DNA of 64,000 nucleotides from Escherichia coli (GTDB lineage Bacteria; Pseudomonadota; Gammaproteobacteria; Enterobacterales; Enterobacteriaceae): NCBI RefSeq assembly GCF_003018235.1, contig NZ_CP027437.1; one strand, 5' to 3'. Shown piece by piece: positions 58,160 to 64,000 of this stretch (position 1 is its first letter; each line of letters starts with the position of its first letter). The notes under the pieces were generated by a model. It saw only the letters and a program-made list of their open reading frames with translations, ran no database searches and was not told where the DNA came from. The position numbers and the translations under genes were made by a program.

Positions 58160-59218
58160 GTGCGTGCCGATAAGTCATTAAGCCCGTTTGAAATCCGGGT
58201 ATACCGCCATTACCGCATTGTGCATGGTACTCGGGTCGCGCTGGCATTCCTGCTCACTTTTCTCATTATCCGCCTGTTTACTATCCCGGAAAGCACCTGG
58301 CCGCTGGTCACCATGGTGGTGATTATGGGGCCAATCTCGTTCTGGGGGAACGTTGTCCCTCGTGCCTTCGAACGTATTGGCGGTACGGTGTTGGGGTCGA
58401 TTTTAGGTCTTATCGCTCTGCAACTGGAGTTAATCTCGTTACCGCTGATGTTAGTCTGGTGCGCGGCGGCCATGTTCCTTTGCGGTTGGCTGGCGCTGGG
58501 CAAGAAACCGTATCAAGGTTTATTGATTGGGGTGACGCTGGCAATTGTTGTGGGTTCCCCGACAGGTGAAATTGATACGGCGTTATGGCGAAGCGGCGAT
58601 GTGATCCTCGGCTCTTTACTGGCAATGTTGTTTACCGGTATCTGGCCACAACGAGCGTTCATCCACTGGCGCATTCAACTGGCAAAAAGTCTGACCGAGT
58701 ATAATCGGGTCTATCAATCTGCATTCTCACCGAACTTACTCGAACGCCCACGTCTGGAAAGCCATCTACAAAAACTCCTGACCGATGCCGTGAAAATGCG
58801 TGGGCTGATTGCGCCCGCCAGCAAAGAAACCCGTATTCCAAAATCGATATATGAAGGTATCCAGACCATTAATCGCAATCTGGTTTGTATGCTGGAGTTG
58901 CAAATCAATGCATACTGGGCCACGCGCCCCAGCCATTTCGTATTATTGAACGCGCAAAAACTGCGTGATACCCAGCATATGATGCAGCAAATACTGCTGA
59001 GCCTTGTTCATGCGCTATACGAAGGTAATCCGCAGCCGGTTTTTGCCAATACGGAAAAATTGAACGATGCTGTGGAAGAGCTGCGTCAGTTGCTGAATAA
59101 CCACCATGACCTGAAGGTTGTGGAAACACCAATCTATGGTTATGTGTGGCTGAACATGGAAACGGCACATCAGCTTGAGTTGCTATCGAATCTGATTTGC
59201 CGGGCCTTGCGCAAATAA
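58160..59218 (+). CDS. yeeA: Inner membrane protein YeeA (FUSC-like)
   Basis: 352 aa with multiple N-terminal TM segments. Confidence 0.85.
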   Translation: MRADKSLSPFEIRVYRHYRIVHGTRVALAFLLTFLIIRLFTIPESTWPLVTMVVIMGPISFWGNVVPRAFERIGGTVLGSILGLIALQLELISLPLMLVWCAAAMFLCGWLALGKKPYQGLLIGVTLAIVVGSPTGEIDTALWRSGDVILGSLLAMLFTGIWPQRAFIHWRIQLAKSLTEYNRVYQSAFSPNLLERPRLESHLQKLLTDAVKMRGLIAPASKETRIPKSIYEGIQTINRNLVCMLELQINAYWATRPSHFVLLNAQKLRDTQHMMQQILLSLVHALYEGNPQPVFANTEKLNDAVEELRQLLNNHHDLKVVETPIYGYVWLNMETAHQLELLSNLICRALRK

Positions 59219-59389
59219 TTCCTGAACTTCAGAATCATCTTGCTGCTGCTTCGATTCAGCAAGGATAAAGGGTATGATAGTGAAAAGGGATAAAAGCATT
59301 GTCATCTGCGGCAGCTATGAGTAATGTTGGCCCTAACGAATAGCGGTTGCTTAAACGAATCCGACTCTCACATTATCAGGGGTATAAAA

Positions 59390-59719
59390 ATGGAAACTAC
59401 CAAGCCTTCATTCCAGGACGTACTGGAATTTGTTCGTCTGTTCCGTCGTAAGAACAAACTGCAACGTGAAATTCAGGACGTTGAGAAAAAGATCCGTGAC
59501 AACCAGAAGCGCGTCCTGCTGCTGGACAACCTGAGTGATTACATCAAGCCGGGGATGAGCGTTGAAGCAATCCAGGGCATCATCGCCAGCATGAAAGGTG
59601 ACTATGAAGATCGCGTTGACGATTACATCATCAAAAATGCCGAGCTCTCCAAAGAACGCCGCGATATCTCCAAAAAGCTGAAAGCTATGGGCGAAATGAA
59701 AAACGGCGAAGCGAAATAA
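59390..59719 (+). CDS. yeeX: DUF496 family protein YeeX
   Basis: 109 aa from [18 protein letters not shown]; the track ORF carries a 22-codon extension. Confidence 0.85.
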   Translation: METTKPSFQDVLEFVRLFRRKNKLQREIQDVEKKIRDNQKRVLLLDNLSDYIKPGMSVEAIQGIIASMKGDYEDRVDDYIIKNAELSKERRDISKKLKAMGEMKNGEAK

Positions 59720-59732
59720 TTCCTGTTTTATT

Positions 59733-59770
59733 CAATGAGGGTTGCCCGGCAACCCTCATTGCTCATTGTT
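59733..59770. terminator. Bidirectional terminator between convergent yeeX and pduV
   Basis: Inverted repeat atgagggttgcccggcaaccctcat. Confidence 0.6.
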
Positions 59771-59819
59771 TCTTTTCTGTGTATCAAAGTCATCATTCCC
59801 ATCTGATAAGCTATTGAAA

Positions 59820-60263
59820 TTAGCGACAGCCTTCTTCTGTATGCAGCAAGACAAAAAGTTCTGCAACTCCATTGTTATTAACCGCACTGGTTACTAACAC
59901 ATTGTGCGCTCCAGCTTCCCGTAACCAACTTTTCACCAAAGATATTTGTTCCATGCTGGCTAAATCTGCTTTGGTGACTACTCCAATAACAGGGCGATTC
60001 ATTGACGAGGTAAAGCCTGGCGAAAAAGGGGACCACGGTGCGTCCGCATTAAGCACCAGGGCGATAATGTTCGCTTCGCAGGCGCTGACCAACAGAGCAC
60101 TGTAGAGGCTGCGGTTTTCGAGGTATTCGCCTGGTGTATCAATGGTGGTCGGGGACCAGACGATTGCCTGCGTTTTCTGATAATGAATATTTTCGCCACG
60201 CAGACATTGCGTGAGTGACGTTTTTCCGCACTGGCTGGGGCCGATAAGCATCATACGTTGCAT
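59820..60263 (-). CDS. pduV: Microcompartment-associated GTPase (PduV/EutP family)
   Basis: 147 aa with P-loop [10 protein letters not shown]; last gene of the minus-strand BMC operon. Confidence 0.8.
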   Translation of the reverse strand: MQRMMLIGPSQCGKTSLTQCLRGENIHYQKTQAIVWSPTTIDTPGEYLENRSLYSALLVSACEANIIALVLNADAPWSPFSPGFTSSMNRPVIGVVTKADLASMEQISLVKSWLREAGAHNVLVTSAVNNNGVAELFVLLHTEEGCR

Positions 60264-60267
60264 AACG

Positions 60268-60642
60268 TCAGGTCCGCGTAATGGGGCAGGCGGTAAAGCG
60301 CATCATTTCACCCAGCGTACGGGTAACCTGGCTAAGTGCATATTCAATGGCAGAAACATCACCAGTCAGCACTACGGCACCGGTAAAACGATCAAGAAAA
60401 CCGATCTCTACAGCGCCTGATTTTGTGGCGATATCGCATGCGATGATAGATGCTTCGCTGGGGGTTATCGTCAGAATGCCAATAGCAGAAACGGTGTCTG
60501 GTAAACCCAATTTCTTAAACAGATCCTTCCCAGGATTGGCGATAACATGTGCCAGCGTGACCTGCTTACCAGGGACATATTCCTGAATCATCCGTTCAGT
60601 TGTGTGCTGAGTTGTCATTATCCCTCCACCATCTGACGCCAC
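60268..60642 (-). CDS. pduU: Bacterial microcompartment shell protein (PduU/EutS-type)
   Basis: Single BMC domain of circularly permuted type; coordinates taken from the ORF track, true start probably an internal Met. Confidence 0.75.
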   Translation of the reverse strand: MASDGGGIMTTQHTTERMIQEYVPGKQVTLAHVIANPGKDLFKKLGLPDTVSAIGILTITPSEASIIACDIATKSGAVEIGFLDRFTGAVVLTGDVSAIEYALSQVTRTLGEMMRFTACPITRT

Positions 60643-61172
60643 ATGGCTTCATGTGGACGGGCAATCACCGACCGATAGACCAACAAACCTTTTTCTCCCG
60701 CACGCTCGCTGGCGACAGAGACCGCGTTATTAACATCTGAAATATCGCCAGCAACCACCATGTAGCATTTACCGCCAATGCCAAAAGCCATATGCACGCG
60801 AACAAGAATGACATTCGCAGCTTTGACAGCACAATCGGCAGCGTCAATGCAGGCAGCGACACTCCAGGTTTCGACTACGCCGACAGCCCGGTGCTGCTCA
60901 ACATGGTTCAGTCCGCTGATTGCAGAAAGGAGACTGGGATGAATATTCGGCAGGACAAGACTGTCGACCAGCATTTCACCAGCAAGGGAAGCACCGCTGT
61001 TGATGGCCTGTTGCACCGCACCCACATCGCCACCGAGCATCAGCAGAAATTTTCCGGGGCATAGCGTTTTGCTGACCAGTAACTCAACGTTGGCGCTTTT
61101 CAGCATGGCGTCGCCGGTTTCCATCCCTTTCGCGATACTGCTAAGTTCTAAAATACCTACCGCTTTCGACAT
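60618..61172 (-). CDS. pduT: Bacterial microcompartment shell protein with tandem BMC domains (PduT-type)
   Basis: 184 aa, two BMC repeats ([27 protein letters not shown] ... [25 protein letters not shown]). Confidence 0.8.
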   Translation of the reverse strand: MSKAVGILELSSIAKGMETGDAMLKSANVELLVSKTLCPGKFLLMLGGDVGAVQQAINSGASLAGEMLVDSLVLPNIHPSLLSAISGLNHVEQHRAVGVVETWSVAACIDAADCAVKAANVILVRVHMAFGIGGKCYMVVAGDISDVNNAVSVASERAGEKGLLVYRSVIARPHEAMWRQMVEG

Positions 61173-61174
61173 CG

Positions 61175-62518
61175 TTAACCTCTCACAAGCGTAATCGCGT
61201 TTTCTGTCACATCGCTGACCATGCCATCAATACTGGCATGAATGGAGGCACCTAATGTGCCGTGTGGAATTTGACCTACACATTGCCCATGAACGACGCG
61301 ATCGCCTTTTTGTACACACGCAATTGCGCTAGCACCGATGTGCTGGCGTAACAATAACGTCACTTTTTCGGGCTGAGGCACCTGTTCAGACAATGGCGCA
61401 TCCTGATACCACGGGGTTAAGCCCAGTCTGGTTACCAGCCGTTTTACGGGAACCAGTCGATAATTTGCCATGGGATCTGCAGGATTTAATGCACCTTCGT
61501 AGCGGAGATTTTGTGCGCGTAATTCCTGCTTAAGCAGGCGGTTTATGCGCATTGGTGAAATTCCTACCGGACAGGCGACGCTGGCGCAGACGTTGCACTC
61601 CGAACAGGTGAGCGCCGTCAGTAACAGTTGTGGCGTAGCGAGCTGTTGGTAGTTAACCGCACGTACTAATAAATGGGGTGCCAGTTCGTGACCGATTAAA
61701 TGACGTGGGCAGAGATCGGTACACAAGCGGCATTGCTCACAAACAGTTTTCGCGACGGCAAGTACGCTGCGGTTATTCTGCATTCGACGTTGGATCAGTG
61801 AATGAGAGTTGGGTAAAACCAGCAAGCCGCCAGTGGTTTTGCTGACTGGTGTGTCGAGCGATGTGATCAAACTTCCCATCATCGGCCCGCCATTGATAAA
61901 ACCAGGAGCATCCACTGTTGCGCCGCCCGCCAGCGCCAGGACTTCACGTAAAGACATGCCGATGGGGACGGTTACCGTTATTGGTTTCGCCACTGCACCA
62001 TTAACGGTGAGTGTGCGGCGCGTCACTGGATACTGTTGCTCGACGGCTCTGGCAATATTAAGTACGGTTTGAACATTATTGACCACCACACCGACGCTAA
62101 CGGGTAATGCAGCGGGTGGAACGCGGCGACCAGTTGCCATCCAGATGGTCAGCACTTCGTCTCCTGCGGGGTAAACGTCGGGCAAAATATGCAGGCGGAT
62201 ATCCGGTGGTAATAGGGGAGTGAGTGCGTTTATTGCCAGTTGATATTTCTCTTTCAGCGCGATGATTCCGCTACTGGCCCCGGTGGCTTTCATCGCATAG
62301 TGAACACCGCGAAGCAGGCGGCTGGCTTGCTGCGCCATTAACTGTTGATCCACTTTCAACATTGGTTCGCATTCCGCCGCATTCACCAGGAACGTGTCAA
62401 CACGCGCTTGTAGCTTAATATGGGTTGGGAAACCTGCGCCGCCAGCACCCACGACACCAGCTGCCTGTACTCGCTCGCGGATGGTCTGGTCGTCGCAGGA
62501 GGTTAACTCGACGTTCAT
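61175..62518 (-). CDS. pduS: Cobalamin reductase PduS (RnfC/NuoF-like flavoprotein with Fe-S clusters)
   Basis: 447 aa; cysteine clusters [12 protein letters not shown] and [19 protein letters not shown]-binding region. Confidence 0.8.
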   Translation of the reverse strand: MNVELTSCDDQTIRERVQAAGVVGAGGAGFPTHIKLQARVDTFLVNAAECEPMLKVDQQLMAQQASRLLRGVHYAMKATGASSGIIALKEKYQLAINALTPLLPPDIRLHILPDVYPAGDEVLTIWMATGRRVPPAALPVSVGVVVNNVQTVLNIARAVEQQYPVTRRTLTVNGAVAKPITVTVPIGMSLREVLALAGGATVDAPGFINGGPMMGSLITSLDTPVSKTTGGLLVLPNSHSLIQRRMQNNRSVLAVAKTVCEQCRLCTDLCPRHLIGHELAPHLLVRAVNYQQLATPQLLLTALTCSECNVCASVACPVGISPMRINRLLKQELRAQNLRYEGALNPADPMANYRLVPVKRLVTRLGLTPWYQDAPLSEQVPQPEKVTLLLRQHIGASAIACVQKGDRVVHGQCVGQIPHGTLGASIHASIDGMVSDVTENAITLVRG

Positions 62519-63627
62519 AACAACTCCTCGAGCAGTTCTGCAATAGCGGTGGCATCAGCCGCACGCGGGTTGGTACGCAACGTTGCATCCGCCAGTGCCG
62601 CCTGAACCATATCTGGTATGCGTATTGACCATTCTGCTTTTTTTTCTTTCAGCACATTGGTAAGAGTCGGTAGCTTACAGGTTGTTTTAAGCTGTTCAAT
62701 ATGTTGAATAAGTGTATTCAGGCTGGCGGTGTCATTGGCGTTGTCCGGGCATAAATGGCACGTTTTCGCCAGCCGGGCGTAGCGTTTGGCAGCGCGCGGA
62801 TCGCCAGCATTAAAGCGGATAACCGCCGTGAGCAGGAGCGCATTCGCCAGGCCGTGTGGCAGATGAAACTGTCCGCCGAGTTGATGAGCAATTGCATGGT
62901 TTAATCCCAGTCCAGCCTGGCTAAAGGCCATTCCTGCAAGTGTCGATGCATTATGCATTTTGCCACGGGTAGCGAGACAATCGCCTTTCTTCACTGCAGT
63001 GGGCAGGTATTGAAAAACAATTTGCACGGCTTTTTCGACCAGTGCATCCGTGAAGTCGCTGGCGCGGGGAGAAACATAAGCTTCAAGCGCATGGGTTAAA
63101 ACATCCATCCCGGTATTGGCCGTTATCGCCGGTGGCACGCTGACGACCAAAGATGGATCAAGGATCGCGATATCCGGATAAAGTGCATTATCGAAAAGGG
63201 GATATTTAATCCCTTTCTCAGGATCGCTGATGACACAAGCACTGGTCACTTCGGAACCGGTACCGCTGGTGGTGGGAATGGCTACGCAGGTTTCAATTTC
63301 AATGCCACACTGGCGACCGAACCAGACAATTGCTTTTGCGGCGTCCAGGGCAGAACCGCCGCCAAAACCGATAACTACATCCGGGCGTAAAGTCTGCATT
63401 TGCGCAATGCCTTTCACCACGGTCTGGATAGTTGGGTCGGGCGTTATTTCGCTAAAAATACTGAGACGATTACTGTCGGGCAGCGCCTGATGCAACGTGT
63501 CAATAAGTGGTGAGCGTGCCAGAAAGGCATCGCAAATAATCCAGATGTGTCTATGAGAGAAACGGCTAAGTACCTTGAGACTTCCTGGTCCGCTGTATAA
63601 ACGCGTCTGCAGTGAAAAAGTATTCAT
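62515..63627 (-). CDS. pduQ: Iron-containing alcohol dehydrogenase (1-propanol dehydrogenase PduQ-type)
   Basis: 370 aa; Fe-ADH family motifs (GGGSALDAAK, histidine cluster HAIAHQLGGQFHLPHG). Confidence 0.8.
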   Translation of the reverse strand: MNTFSLQTRLYSGPGSLKVLSRFSHRHIWIICDAFLARSPLIDTLHQALPDSNRLSIFSEITPDPTIQTVVKGIAQMQTLRPDVVIGFGGGSALDAAKAIVWFGRQCGIEIETCVAIPTTSGTGSEVTSACVISDPEKGIKYPLFDNALYPDIAILDPSLVVSVPPAITANTGMDVLTHALEAYVSPRASDFTDALVEKAVQIVFQYLPTAVKKGDCLATRGKMHNASTLAGMAFSQAGLGLNHAIAHQLGGQFHLPHGLANALLLTAVIRFNAGDPRAAKRYARLAKTCHLCPDNANDTASLNTLIQHIEQLKTTCKLPTLTNVLKEKKAEWSIRIPDMVQAALADATLRTNPRAADATAIAELLEELL

Positions 63628-63637
63628 TTCCGTTTCT

Positions 63638-64000
63638 CTAGCGAATTGAAAAGCCGCTGGTTAACACGCAGCGTCGTGAGCGGGCAAAAGTCCGTGCTGA
63701 CGTTGTCCCTTCTCCGGTCGGTGTTGCAATGGTAAAGGTCGTAAAGCCTTCGCCGCCGACGCCAATACCCGCCCAGGAGGGGCCGTTTTTGACAAAGATT
63801 GAGGTTTGCATAACGCGTGCGGCAAGGTTGAGCCGTGAGACGTTCTGCGAGTGCATAATTGCCGTGTGGTGCAAGCCGTCTTCCACTTTCAGCGCCAGGG
63901 TGAGAGCGCTATCAAAATCGTTGACCTTCACAATGGGCAGCATTGGCATCAGTTGTTCACAAGTAACCCAACTATCATTGGCGTCGACAACAGCAATCAG
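63638..64000 (-). CDS. pduP: CoA-acylating aldehyde dehydrogenase (PduP-type), C-terminal part only; continues beyond window end
   Basis: C-terminal ALDH-like sequence in frame to the window edge; upstream of pduQ as in pdu operons. Confidence 0.7.
   Translation of the reverse strand: MIAVVDANDSWVTCEQLMPMLPIVKVNDFDSALTLALKVEDGLHHTAIMHSQNVSRLNLAARVMQTSIFVKNGPSWAGIGVGGEGFTTFTIATPTGEGTTSARTFARSRRCVLTSGFSIR

Overview
Enterobacterial (Escherichia coli-like) chromosomal segment covering the colanic acid to histidine region and beyond. Read left to right: the 3' end of wzc and the rest of the colanic acid (wca) cluster (wcaA to wcaM, including gmd, fcl, gmm, cpsB, cpsG, wcaJ, wzxC); galF; an AT-rich O-antigen locus of the ABC-transporter type (gne, multidomain glycosyltransferases, wzm, wzt, a WbdD-like methyltransferase); gnd; a second AT-rich seven-gene module between gnd and ugd; ugd; a degenerate IS3-family element where wzzB normally sits; the complete his operon with leader and attenuator on the minus strand; yefM-yoeB; yeeZ, yeeY, plaP; sbcB; dacD; sbmC; yeeA; yeeX; and the 3' end of a pdu-type microcompartment operon (pduV, U, T, S, Q and partial pduP) on the minus strand. 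The strongest candidate for an undescribed system is the gnd-ugd module (33.3-39.7 kb): a Gtr/Arn-like periplasmic glycosylation set (GT2, small DMT flippase, GT-C membrane transferase) joined to a FAD oxidoreductase, an NAD(P)-binding reductase-like protein, a TIM-barrel sugar isomerase/epimerase and a truncated GtrB-like gene. All calls rest on reading the translations, motifs and gene order; gene-order comparisons with K-12, Salmonella and Klebsiella are from memory, and no database search was run.
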